This document shows, one piece after another, positions 40,301 to 48,051 of a DNA stretch of 64,000 nucleotides; positions within the stretch are counted from its first letter, which is position 1; each line of letters starts with the position of its first letter. The translations under genes were made by a program, and so were the position numbers. Under the pieces are notes generated by a model. It was given only the letters and a program-made list of their open reading frames with translations. It searched no databases and was not told where the DNA came from. This DNA is from Sphaerochaetaceae bacterium (GTDB lineage: Bacteria > Spirochaetota > Spirochaetia > Sphaerochaetales > Sphaerochaetaceae). The stretch is from the NCBI GenBank assembly GCA_034114085.1, contig JAXEWB010000024.1, positions 11,405 to 75,404 on the forward strand. Direction: 5' to 3'.

Positions 40301-41308
40301 GAATAACGGAGCTTTTGGAGCTAGCGGAGAAATAGCAACGACATCGGAGAATGCCGGGGCTTTTGGTGTCATCGGGGAAATTCCGATGATGTCGGAGAAT
40401 ACTGGAACCGCTGGAATTTCCGGAACCACCGTCCCTGCAAGAACCACAGGAGCGGCTGGAATTCTGGAAACGGTTGCTTCTTCCTGTATCGCCGGCGCGA
40501 CCGTAGCTACCGGCGCCGTAGGGGCTACGGGTGTCGCAGGTGTGGCTTCATCTACCTGTTCGCCTGGCGCTGCTGGTTCAATCAGAGCCGAGGCCGGTTC
40601 GGCCAGAACCTCCGTCGCAGGAACTTCATCCACGGCTTTCGCCTCGACCGAAGCGATTACCGGCTGGACGGGTGTCCCCGGAAGGCTCGCCACGATAGCT
40701 GGGTCGGGATTGTATGCCATCGACATATATGCCTGCTGATTGACCGCCTTGGGGTCCATCAATGGAATCATCATGTCGAGGTAATAATAGGAAGGAACGG
40801 TCGTCTTCCGCTTGGTAATGACATTGAAAGCGGCGACATTTCCACCGAAGGAATATATCAATTCACCCAAATCGGAACTGACCCATATCTGACTGGTTCC
40901 CGTCACTTGGTAACGGGATACCGGCGTCACCACGTTGAGCGTCCCCGCAAAGCCTTTGTCCGTCTGGAAAATCGCCGAACCGGAGACCAGATAGAATACA
41001 GGGTCTTCATAGGTCAGCCTGCTTATCCCAAGAATCGACTGTGGTTGCAGGACGATGGCGCCCGCTGGACTTCCCAGTGCCACGATGGAGTCTTCCGTCC
41101 GCAAAATCCAGCCTTCATACAGTCCGTCGTCCAGCATCTGGTCCGGGTTTACCGCCTTGCCTTGGGAGTCGTACGCTTTGAATCCCGAGACGTCTCCGTT
41201 GGAGACGTACAACGGAGAACTGGAGAATGCCATCGAGGGCATCAGGACTATTGCTATCACAATCAACGCGAAACGAAAACCTTTATGTGTGTTTTTCATC
41301 AATTCCAC
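37307..41308 (-). CDS. giant exported protein: signal peptide, FecR-like domain, Pro/Ala-rich repeat linker, two tandem beta-barrel-like modules
   Basis: 1333 aa.
- Signal peptide: FALIVIAIVLMPSMAFSS.
- aa 30-165 resemble a FecR domain (ILRTEDSIVALGSPAGAIVLQPQSIL...LVSGSAIFQ...LNVVTPVSRYQVTGTSQIWV).
- aa 205-435 are Pro/Ala/Val-rich.
- aa 440-905 and 905-1333 are homologous modules.
- It ends ...SMGVKIGF, a terminal Phe typical of outer-membrane beta-barrels.
- An AAGGTGG RBS is present. Confidence 0.8.
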   Translation of the reverse strand: MELMKNTHKGFRFALIVIAIVLMPSMAFSSSPLYVSNGDVSGFKAYDSQGKAVNPDQMLDDGLYEGWILRTEDSIVALGSPAGAIVLQPQSILGISRLTYEDPVFYLVSGSAIFQTDKGFAGTLNVVTPVSRYQVTGTSQIWVSSDLGELIYSFGGNVAAFNVITKRKTTVPSYYYLDMMIPLMDPKAVNQQAYMSMAYNPDPAIVASLPGTPVQPVIASVEAKAVDEVPATEVLAEPASALIEPAAPGEQVDEATPATPVAPTAPVATVAPAIQEEATVSRIPAAPVVLAGTVVPEIPAVPVFSDIIGISPMTPKAPAFSDVVAISPLAPKAPLFAGTAESKPLFPEAPVFESLPTINKPVPRAPVFTPAKISYYRPSVQSFEEPKVILEEPIASTPMEEPAAAPATSASTPGEDDKLTVRQPSGLISGAAPEKTKLDAGVALSYSLHYDGSSADADVQPLSTIAVKPYFSYNTFKLGLRATLSTTGSLKWEDIGGTLKFDASSPLNTIASITSFIDYFKFGTTSGKVYFNVDTTSPISFGVNSMMGGINHRFDKTSMLGFYNQVNTSWYGHQIYFDDLYLNDLLANRQQTGGVRFRFTPTQAYPFSIGISSLVVLSRPSASLVVDLYPSLDFSFPLVNNRKLRMNLNIGGALYLQAYPDFKVSDIYDKDAASLMEKFPNFLASAGLDATFGGAKLGATVAFNRGKVVSNLINNTSYSGKPMTTGNILDLMLNGSYAVNGFQIAGSWNLPFKLSGDFGLAPLAGDAHGRKADISSLELGYAGTAWSFGAGLQQIDMIGAYSALFTGSGSASEKIGAFLNPEYTNVYAYAEYDAGAVRLDMKLSTAKTTPGQTNMGIAPVLDLGMTMRLGTGTFPQFGESPLLTKEGKVKISGSIGATYVNRRFSSTPSNKNSNDQMLFIKPVLLFDSDNFSLGVGINFGASLGYHTVFDPASWYAPRGDRFWDFGVFDTSSLSTPQKVLDLVTDVFNLVEHLRICKPLSSFYLLMDREQALTFAGGTLVDNILPDIEAPYFTALPLYNRLNTLYFGYELFIDDMTFPTLAGLAISAKPIAMSYPFKIGISAVAQAKRPSYEAFRLYPTVDITLPIIYNKGLDSLSLGIHASTAAQLSGTAGNKFLLLDENSQLKNYLLAGSLDGTFGNFNFTLAGGIQSGILSYGMFDEYYLRRNTDFVGVETAARTFFGKVAFGYASNVFSIHTGYILDVDLPNFSSLSYVGDKFNLELKISTSVVDVSAGFVKQNIFSEIRSLFNTRPSLLGGLNAFFVNENAVAYGQLDIKAGLATVTGRISTTEVYDTDGKPTGNVKPALSMGVKIGF

Positions 41309-41346
41309 CTTCTTTCTGGTCTGGCGATTTGGTACGAATCATATAT

Positions 41347-42756
41347 TTAAAAAAATGTGAGACGGAAACCGATGTCAAACTTGACGCCGGTGTTTTTCCC
41401 ATTCTCATCGAAAACTGTGGACAGCCCGAGATCAATATCCACTGGTCTGAACGTAACCAGCGCGTCCATGCCGATAGTGACGTTTTTCAACGTAATCAGT
41501 CCATTGCCGAACGGTTCCGTCTCTCCGGTCAGCGTATTCTTGTGATAGCGTTTGTCATAGGTGAGGTCGAGCCCCAGGAAACTGAGCAGTTCCTTGTCGA
41601 TATGCACCCGCATGCCAAACGCATAGTTGTTCCAGTCCTTTTCGGCGCTGTAGTTCGCTTTTGCGAGGACGCCCGCATAGATTGCGGTATCCAGCACCTG
41701 TACGCCCAGCCTACCGTCAAAATGCATTTCTCCGACCCGCATCCTGTTTACCGTCAACTGCTCCGTGGTGCGCTTGTTGAAGCCCGCCTCAAAATAGCCG
41801 GGGATGAATCCGTTGCCAGTGGGGAACGTCACCGCTCCGTTGAACAATATCCATGGCGTGACGGTTCCCCCGAGTCCTAGTCTGAACGCATGGGATGCGC
41901 CAAGTACCTTCTGGTCGGGGAACTGTATGATGAAGTCGCTGTAGAACGAAAGGCTGACCCACTTCTCCGAGAGCAACGGAAGCACGATGTCCACCGCCGC
42001 ATTGGTGAGCGGGGAGATTGAGTCGGTCACGACTTGCTTCCCTGTTATTTCATCTAACCCGAAAATGGAATGTCCGTAGGGATCCGTCACGAACGAGAGG
42101 CCGACTTCCATGTCCTTGATCACAGGTACCGTTGTCGCCGTACATGGACGGACGAACAACCGCGAAGCGAGCAGGGACGGATGGAACAGGTCATCGGATA
42201 TGAATTCCATACCGAGCCATGGAAAATCGAACGCCTTTGCATCTAGCTTAAAGGTAATCCCCGGTCTGGTCGTTCGCCTGTCCACGGTTTTGTCGTGATA
42301 TGAGGTAAGGAGCGCGCCGTCGCCCATCGTCACACCTGTCAGCTTGCCCCAACGAAAATAGATCTCATCGTTCCGACTGCCGTAAGAGATATAGTTAATG
42401 ATACCGCTGTAATGGCTGGCGACCCGCATTGCATAGGAAAAGTCGCTTTCCTCTGGTTCCCGCGTCGGAGGCAGCCAGTTGTCCGGCCAGAACCCGAAAT
42501 CGGATGCAAACGGATTGACTCCGAAGAACAGGTAGGCGTCGAGTTGCATGGCGAATTTGCCGTAGGAGAACGACGGGCTGATCTCCAGCCCCAACTTGTG
42601 GCTCGCGTTTTTGATATCAGGGACGTTTTGCTGTTGGGTGAGCGTGTAGTTCAGTCCAAGACCGAGCCGGAATTTCGAAGACTGCGCGGTGAGCGCTATC
42701 GTTGATGAAACCACGCAGAGCAGGCAACACAATAGAACGACTCTTGTCTTTTTCAT
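41347..42756 (-). CDS. predicted outer-membrane beta-barrel protein, single-module paralog of the downstream giant gene
   Basis: 469 aa with signal peptide VVLLCCLLCVVSSTIALTA. Beta-strand-like alternating pattern throughout. The C-terminus is KFDIGFRLTFF. It shares module landmarks with the 1333-aa protein (FISDDLF...LLASRLFVRP, VGLSFVTD, VDIVLPLLSEKWVSLSF). Confidence 0.8.
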   Translation of the reverse strand: MKKTRVVLLCCLLCVVSSTIALTAQSSKFRLGLGLNYTLTQQQNVPDIKNASHKLGLEISPSFSYGKFAMQLDAYLFFGVNPFASDFGFWPDNWLPPTREPEESDFSYAMRVASHYSGIINYISYGSRNDEIYFRWGKLTGVTMGDGALLTSYHDKTVDRRTTRPGITFKLDAKAFDFPWLGMEFISDDLFHPSLLASRLFVRPCTATTVPVIKDMEVGLSFVTDPYGHSIFGLDEITGKQVVTDSISPLTNAAVDIVLPLLSEKWVSLSFYSDFIIQFPDQKVLGASHAFRLGLGGTVTPWILFNGAVTFPTGNGFIPGYFEAGFNKRTTEQLTVNRMRVGEMHFDGRLGVQVLDTAIYAGVLAKANYSAEKDWNNYAFGMRVHIDKELLSFLGLDLTYDKRYHKNTLTGETEPFGNGLITLKNVTIGMDALVTFRPVDIDLGLSTVFDENGKNTGVKFDIGFRLTFF

Positions 42757-42798
42757 ACGCTCCTCCCATCAGCATTCCCCAAAACAGGACACATGTTC

Positions 42799-42827
42799 AT
42801 TATCAAGTATACCCGATTGGCTGACAA
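42799..42827 (-). promoter_or_regulatory. sigma70-like promoter for the two beta-barrel genes
   Basis: On the minus strand the elements are TTGTCA, a 17-nt spacer and GATAAT. The -10 lies about 45 nt upstream of the ATG at 42756. Confidence 0.5.
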
Positions 42828-42912
42828 TGGAAAAGTATTTCTCTTTCGTATCATGCTATAATGAGAGGCAAAGATGTTTCTCCATGATGTCGGGAGAGTG
42901 CTTTTTGCATAC

Positions 42913-43734
42913 CTACTTGGAGGTACCCCCCTCTGTTTTCCGTTCTCTTGGTATGCGATACTCAAACGTATGGGCATGGTACATATGTTCCCTGGTGAGT
43001 TTATCCAGCTTGGTAAGCTGGCTGATGATTGGTTTGACGCTTGACCTGATGTTCGTCTGGTCATATGGGCAGACCGGCTTTACCACCGGCAATGTATATT
43101 GTTCGGCGAGCCTTTTTGTCGTCTGCTCATGGACTTCTATCATCGGTCTGATGATATGGAGCTTGCCTTTGAAGAATTCCTGGATCGGCTGCATAGTGGC
43201 GAAATTGGCCCTGAAGCACAGGTTGATCATAGTCGTCTCCACCAGGTCGTCCAGATGATGTCCCATGGCGATGAGTTCAAGACCATTCTCGCTGGCGTAT
43301 TCAAACAATATTCTCCGTCTGTTCCGCGAGCAGAGGTAGCAGTTGAACTCACCTGCGAACGAGTCGGGAAACATGAGCTCATCCTTGATGAGGAAGTCGA
43401 TATCAAGGTCGGCGAAATACCGTTGCAGCGGTTCTCTTGCTTCTTGAGGTATGGGGTGTTCCACCCAATTGATCATGACCGCCTTCAGGTCGTAATGCAC
43501 GGGGAGCCATTTCCTGCGGAGCGAAAGCGCCAGCGCCAATGCCAGCGAATCCTTCCCGCCGGAAACTCCGAGCAGTACGGTATCGCCCTCTCGGATCATA
43601 TCGTATTGGTTGATGACTTTTCCCGTCAGCTTGATGAACCGCATCACCCAGGGGGGAATGTCGCCCGCTATCAATTTCTGATAGGGAATCTTTTCGGGTG
43701 TCTGTTTGCCGTCATGTATCGTGATGTCGTCCAT
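42913..43734 (-). CDS. ttcA: TtcA-family tRNA 2-thiocytidine biosynthesis PP-loop ATPase
   Basis: The PP-loop is LLGVSGGKDSLAL. The Cys motif is CYLCSRNRRRILF. An AAGGAGA RBS precedes the ATG at 43734. Confidence 0.85.
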   Translation of the reverse strand: MDDITIHDGKQTPEKIPYQKLIAGDIPPWVMRFIKLTGKVINQYDMIREGDTVLLGVSGGKDSLALALALSLRRKWLPVHYDLKAVMINWVEHPIPQEAREPLQRYFADLDIDFLIKDELMFPDSFAGEFNCYLCSRNRRRILFEYASENGLELIAMGHHLDDLVETTMINLCFRANFATMQPIQEFFKGKLHIIRPMIEVHEQTTKRLAEQYTLPVVKPVCPYDQTNIRSSVKPIISQLTKLDKLTREHMYHAHTFEYRIPRERKTEGGTSK

Positions 43735-43877
43735 TGTATGTAAATCTCCTTCGTTGCCCGTCCGTTCGTCCCTGAGGCTTTCATGCGGCTGCCGATTCTG
43801 CATCGCTCCGTTTGAAGTCAACTAAAAGTACGACATGCCTGTCACTACCGAGGGGGCCGATTCCGTTCCGTTTGAAG

Positions 43878-45164
43878 TCAACCGGGCAGCATGATCCGTT
43901 CGACGGCCGCCGCAAGCCGGGAAGCGTCGAGATAGTCCGGTCCGAATATCCTGACTTTGCGTAGCGTAGAGGCAAAGGTCTGTACGACTGGTTCCGTAAA
44001 CAGCTCATCGACCTTGTTGAAAGGTCTGGTCGTTCCATTGTCATCGAGAACTGGAATGTCCGATTCAAACGATATCGGTTCAGGGATGTCGATGATCACT
44101 TCCCAACTTTTCAGTTGCGGGTATTCTTCGGATAGCGCCGCATACAGCTTTCCTTCGCATTCGAGACGGTTCTCTAATCGTTTGGCCCTCTGATGCAACG
44201 GCTCTGTTTCGGAATACTGCCGTTCATATCTACAGGAAAGCAACTGATTATCCTTGACCCGGCTGACCAGTTCAAGGGCGGGTGAATCCAGTAGCTCCGG
44301 CAACCTGAAGAACTGTTCATCGTCGATGCCATACAGGTCCTGAGCTTTGATAGTCCCTTCCCGCAGGGTCGTCAGCAACGCCTTCTTGATCATTGAAGTC
44401 GCGGCTCTGGTTCCCTTGTGCCAATATACGTTTTTGTACATCAGGTACTTACTGAACAACAGATGCTCAACCGAGCCCAGCGCATGGTTGGAAACCGCAG
44501 GGCGTCTGTTCGCCAACGCAAGCCTGTCTATAATATATGAGGCATCTTGCACTCCGTATGGAATCCCGCAGAAATATGCGTCCCGGCTCAGATAATCGAG
44601 TTTGTCCGGATCCAGCGTTCCTGACAGCAAGGCTCTGTAGAAACTGGTTTCTTCCGAACTGCTCGGCATTGAATCGTCGATAATGGCGCACACCTGCCCG
44701 ACATCACAGCCGATTTCCTCCAATGTCCGCCGAATCTGTTCGTCTTCCTGGATGATGACGGCGGCAAGGTGTTCATGTTCCTCCAGCGGCAGTTCCTTCA
44801 AAGAATGGGCGTAGGGAAAGTGACCGAGGTCGTGGAGCATCGCCGCCGCGAGAAACGCGAGCATTCCCCGTCTCGTAAGTAGCATCGCCCCCTGCTCCGA
44901 CCGTAGGAATGAGGTCAGCATGAGCCTGGCCACATGGTACACTCCGAGGCTATGGTCGAGCCTGGTATGGACCGCTCCCGGATAGACATGGAACGTAGGT
45001 CCCAGCTGTTTGATTCTCCCAAGTTTCTGGACAGCCGGTAAGCGGTATAGCTTGCTGAATCCCGGAGTGAGCATGATGTCCTTCCACAGGGGGTCCCTGA
45101 TGGAAATAGTGAAATCGCCGTAGAGAAATGCGAGATTTTCTTTCTGATTGCTGGTGTCGGTCAT
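43878..45164 (-). CDS. HD-domain phosphohydrolase (dNTP triphosphohydrolase/SAMHD1-like family)
   Basis: The HD-domain motifs are RIKQLGPTFHVYPGAVHTRLDHSLGVYHV and HDLGHFPYAHSLKE...DPDKLDYLSRD. The start is either 45164 (MTDTSN) or 45203. Confidence 0.8.
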   Translation of the reverse strand: MTDTSNQKENLAFLYGDFTISIRDPLWKDIMLTPGFSKLYRLPAVQKLGRIKQLGPTFHVYPGAVHTRLDHSLGVYHVARLMLTSFLRSEQGAMLLTRRGMLAFLAAAMLHDLGHFPYAHSLKELPLEEHEHLAAVIIQEDEQIRRTLEEIGCDVGQVCAIIDDSMPSSSEETSFYRALLSGTLDPDKLDYLSRDAYFCGIPYGVQDASYIIDRLALANRRPAVSNHALGSVEHLLFSKYLMYKNVYWHKGTRAATSMIKKALLTTLREGTIKAQDLYGIDDEQFFRLPELLDSPALELVSRVKDNQLLSCRYERQYSETEPLHQRAKRLENRLECEGKLYAALSEEYPQLKSWEVIIDIPEPISFESDIPVLDDNGTTRPFNKVDELFTEPVVQTFASTLRKVRIFGPDYLDASRLAAAVERIMLPG

Positions 45165-45248
45165 GGTCAGTCCAGTGTATGCGACTCTTCCTTTTCTGTC
45201 CACCCGTTCTCCGTCTGAGGACGCTGACCGGCATCGTCACTTCGTCAA

Positions 45249-45286
45249 GGCCGTACTGGAGTGCTATCCTCTCCTTGTTCCTTGCC
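45249..45286. repeat. copy A of an imperfect ~38-nt direct repeat
   Basis: Copy A (GGCCGTACTGGAGTGCTATCCTCTCCTTGTTCCTTGCC) aligns with copy B at 45351-45389. They share the ends GGCCGTAC.GGAGT.CT.TCC and GTTCCTTGCC. Confidence 0.7.
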
Positions 45287-45350
45287 ATTTCGCACCCCCA
45301 GACGGAGAAACTCTTAGTGGCCGGGACGCCATGCTGCGCTACGTTCACTG

Positions 45351-45389
45351 GGCCGTACCGGAGTACTGTCCCTGTTCCCGTTCCTTGCC
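45351..45389. repeat. copy B of the imperfect ~38-nt direct repeat
   Basis: Copy B is GGCCGTACCGGAGTACTGTCCCTGTTCCCGTTCCTTGCC. See copy A. Confidence 0.7.
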
Positions 45390-45487
45390 TGGTATCCCGT
45401 ATCTTTCGTAGAAATAGGGGATGTCGGTTGGCGTAGTTGCTTTGTCGAGGCTGTACTGCTAGCTTTTTCTCTGGCTTGTAGAAAATT

Positions 45488-45749
45488 CGTCCTTTAAGTG
45501 GGGATTGCGTCCTTTATGTGGGAGCTACCTGTCGCCTACGTCCTGTATCTATCGATTACGTCCTTTATGTTGTTGCTACGTCCTTTATGTCGGGATTGCG
45601 TCCTGTATGATGGGATTACGTCCTTTATGTCGGAGCTACCTGTCGCCTACGTCCTGTATGTCGGGATTACGTCCTGTATGTCGGGATTACGTCCTGTATG
45701 TCGGGATTACGTCCTGTATGTCGGGATTACGTCCTGCTTGCTGTTGCTG
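45488..45749. repeat. array of 12 head-to-tail tandem repeats, 20-bp unit, consensus CGTCCTGTATGTCGGGATTA
   Basis: Units start at 45488, 45508, 45539, 45559, 45579, 45599, 45619, 45650, 45670, 45690, 45710 and 45730.
- Four identical copies lie at 45650-45729.
- Copies diverge progressively toward the 5' side.
- Two 31-nt units (45508-45538, 45619-45649) share the same extra segment AGCTACCTGTCGCC. Confidence 0.95.
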
Positions 45750-45859
45750 TGGGTATCGTGCTGAACCCGTGGCGGAGTCGCGTCATCATGCTTATCGCTG
45801 TTTTACTGATTCCGCAATGGGAGTTTGACAAACGGCTGTCCATAAGGTACACCTAATAC

Positions 45860-46324
45860 ATGCGTCGAACCTGTATCGTTGGTGTTGCGGCATTTCTATT
45901 GCTTTTGATGCCCGTAGGTACGTTGAGTGCCGCGGTGGGCGTGCGGGATTATCTGCCGTCACGATCAGCTCCTGCGATTCTTCCTGTGGATTCAGTTGCC
46001 GGGCGTTTGGTCGAAGTATCTTCCGATCCGTTGTTGGAGCGGTGTGTCGAAGCGTTTTCCCAGCCTTGGTCGGCGCAATGGGTCGCGACCTATGTGGAAC
46101 CATCCGTCCGGTCTATGTTCACACATACTTGGGATGCAATGATGGTCGAGCAGCTGCCTGTTTCCTGTTTATTGTGTTCCGCTCCTGTCGGGGACGCCTC
46201 GACCAAGACGGTCGCCGTCAGATTCTTTCATTCGCAAGACAGTGCTTCCAGTGCTTATTCGCTCATTTGGAGTCTGTCCGAGACTGATGGGCAATGGTAT
46301 CTGATTGCGATGAGCGTTCTGTAG
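45860..46324 (+). CDS. hypothetical secreted protein
   Basis: 154 aa with signal peptide (IVGVAAFLLLLMPVGTLSA-AV). I recognise no domain. Confidence 0.55.
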   Translation: MRRTCIVGVAAFLLLLMPVGTLSAAVGVRDYLPSRSAPAILPVDSVAGRLVEVSSDPLLERCVEAFSQPWSAQWVATYVEPSVRSMFTHTWDAMMVEQLPVSCLLCSAPVGDASTKTVAVRFFHSQDSASSAYSLIWSLSETDGQWYLIAMSVL

Positions 46325-46499
46325 CGCGGTACGTCATGCGACGGGGGGCCTTCATGACGAAGTGGAATCCCAGTGACGTTTTTAGTCTTGGGCTTTACCA
46401 CATGCATACTGGCAAGTTGGAACATTATTAACTTTCATTTCGTAGTTTTCTCATGATTATCGGATAGCCTCTCCATAGTTCATTATTTGGAGGAACTAC

Positions 46500-47972
46500 A
46501 TGAAAAGAAAGTTTGTCGTGGCATTGTTGGCCCTGCTCATGGCGATGGGCGCGGTTTTCGCACAGGGAACGCAAGAGGGGGGCTTCTATGGCACGGCCTC
46601 CGGTGCTCCGAAGTATGTGTTCATGTTCATTGGTGATGGCATGGCTCTTCCTCAGACCAACGCAGCGCAGATACTGGCCGGAAACAACGTGCCGGGACAG
46701 ATTGAGCTTGACCCGCTCGTATACACCCAGTTTCCGGTGCTTGGCATCCAGTACACCCAGGACTCCACTTCCTTCTGTCCTGATTCAGCCTCAACCGCGA
46801 CATCCCTTTCCTCAGGGTACAAGACCCACAGCGGAGTGATCGGGATGGGGCCAGACCGCAAGACCGCGGGGGAGACCATCGCGGAAAAGGTGAAGAAGCA
46901 GCTCGGCTGGAAGGTCGGCATTGTTTCTTCCGTCACCATCAACCATGCGACGCCCGCCGCTTTCTATTCCCATGTGGCTTCTCGCAACAGTTACTATGAC
47001 ATTGGATTGCAGATGGCTGCCAGCGGGTTCGACTATTTTGCCGGCGGTTCCGTAAACAAAGCCGAGGACAAGGGACAGAAGAGCATTTATACAGTTTTGG
47101 CTGAGAATGGCTACAAGGTGACCAATGACCGGGATGAGATACTTTCCTTGCAGAACGGCGAGAAGGTATACGCCTATGCGCCAGAACTTCAGGACGGCGG
47201 CGCCATGAAGTATGGCATCGACAATAGGCAAGGGGACCTCACCCTCGCTGACTTCACCCGCAAGGGTATTGAAGTTCTCGCCAATCCCGACGGGTTCTTC
47301 ATGATGGTCGAAGGTGGAAAGATCGACTGGGCCTGCCATGCCAACGATGCGGCTACCACAATCAAGGACGTCTATGAATTTGACAAAGCCGTCAAGGTGG
47401 CCGTCGATTTCGCCAAAGAGCATCCCACTGACACCCTCATCATCGTGACCGGCGACCATGAGACCGGCGGTTTGACGATCGGTCAGGCCACCACCGGCTA
47501 CAACACCGCCTTCGCGCTGATCGAGAACCAGACGATGAGCTATGTCGCCTTCGATAAAATGGTCAGCGAGATGAAGGCCTCAAATCCGAACTTGAGCTTT
47601 GGGGAAATCCTGTCGGTGATCAAGGACATCTTCGGCCTTGTCGCTCCGGGCGAGACTGCGGTTGATCCCGCGCTGGTCTTGAACGACTATGAATACGCCA
47701 AACTATCCGCCGCATTCAAGGAATCCATGAAAGCCGCCAACGAAAGGACGACTGGATACGAAGCCAATCTTCTCTACGGCGGATATGATCCGCTTTCAGT
47801 GACGCTAACCCATATCCTGAACAATAAGGCCGGAATCGGCTGGACAAGCTATGCTCATACCGGCGTGCCCGTACCAGTATATGCAATCGGCGCTGGAAGC
47901 GCTGTGTTCAGCGGTGTATACGACAACACCCAAGTCGGACAAAAGCTTTTCGGAGTCTGTGGCGTCAACTGA
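46500..47972 (+). CDS. phoA: alkaline phosphatase (PhoA family), secreted
   Basis: Signal peptide; the active-site Ser context is CPDSASTATSLSSGYKT. Metal ligand blocks are GDGM, KIDWACHAND and VTGDHETGG. Confidence 0.9.
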   Translation: MKRKFVVALLALLMAMGAVFAQGTQEGGFYGTASGAPKYVFMFIGDGMALPQTNAAQILAGNNVPGQIELDPLVYTQFPVLGIQYTQDSTSFCPDSASTATSLSSGYKTHSGVIGMGPDRKTAGETIAEKVKKQLGWKVGIVSSVTINHATPAAFYSHVASRNSYYDIGLQMAASGFDYFAGGSVNKAEDKGQKSIYTVLAENGYKVTNDRDEILSLQNGEKVYAYAPELQDGGAMKYGIDNRQGDLTLADFTRKGIEVLANPDGFFMMVEGGKIDWACHANDAATTIKDVYEFDKAVKVAVDFAKEHPTDTLIIVTGDHETGGLTIGQATTGYNTAFALIENQTMSYVAFDKMVSEMKASNPNLSFGEILSVIKDIFGLVAPGETAVDPALVLNDYEYAKLSAAFKESMKAANERTTGYEANLLYGGYDPLSVTLTHILNNKAGIGWTSYAHTGVPVPVYAIGAGSAVFSGVYDNTQVGQKLFGVCGVN

Positions 47973-48051
47973 TTGACGATCGATTCTACAATGAAATTCC
48001 TGGTTGCCGGTTTTTAGCGGACCGACAGCCGGGATTCCCATATATATCATC

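Noticed and set aside
45488-45749. CRISPR array interpretation of the repeat region.
   Set aside because: - The repeats are directly abutting, with no unique spacers of 25-40 nt.
- The unit is only 20 bp.
- There are no cas genes in the window.
45498-45828. Two overlapping plus-strand ORFs (88 aa and 107 aa) across the tandem repeat array, encoding repetitive Cys/Leu/Tyr-rich peptides.
   Set aside because: - They are open only because the 20-bp unit lacks stop codons in two frames.
- The period is not a multiple of three, so the protein repeat is an artefact cycling through frames every 60 nt.
- There is no RBS.
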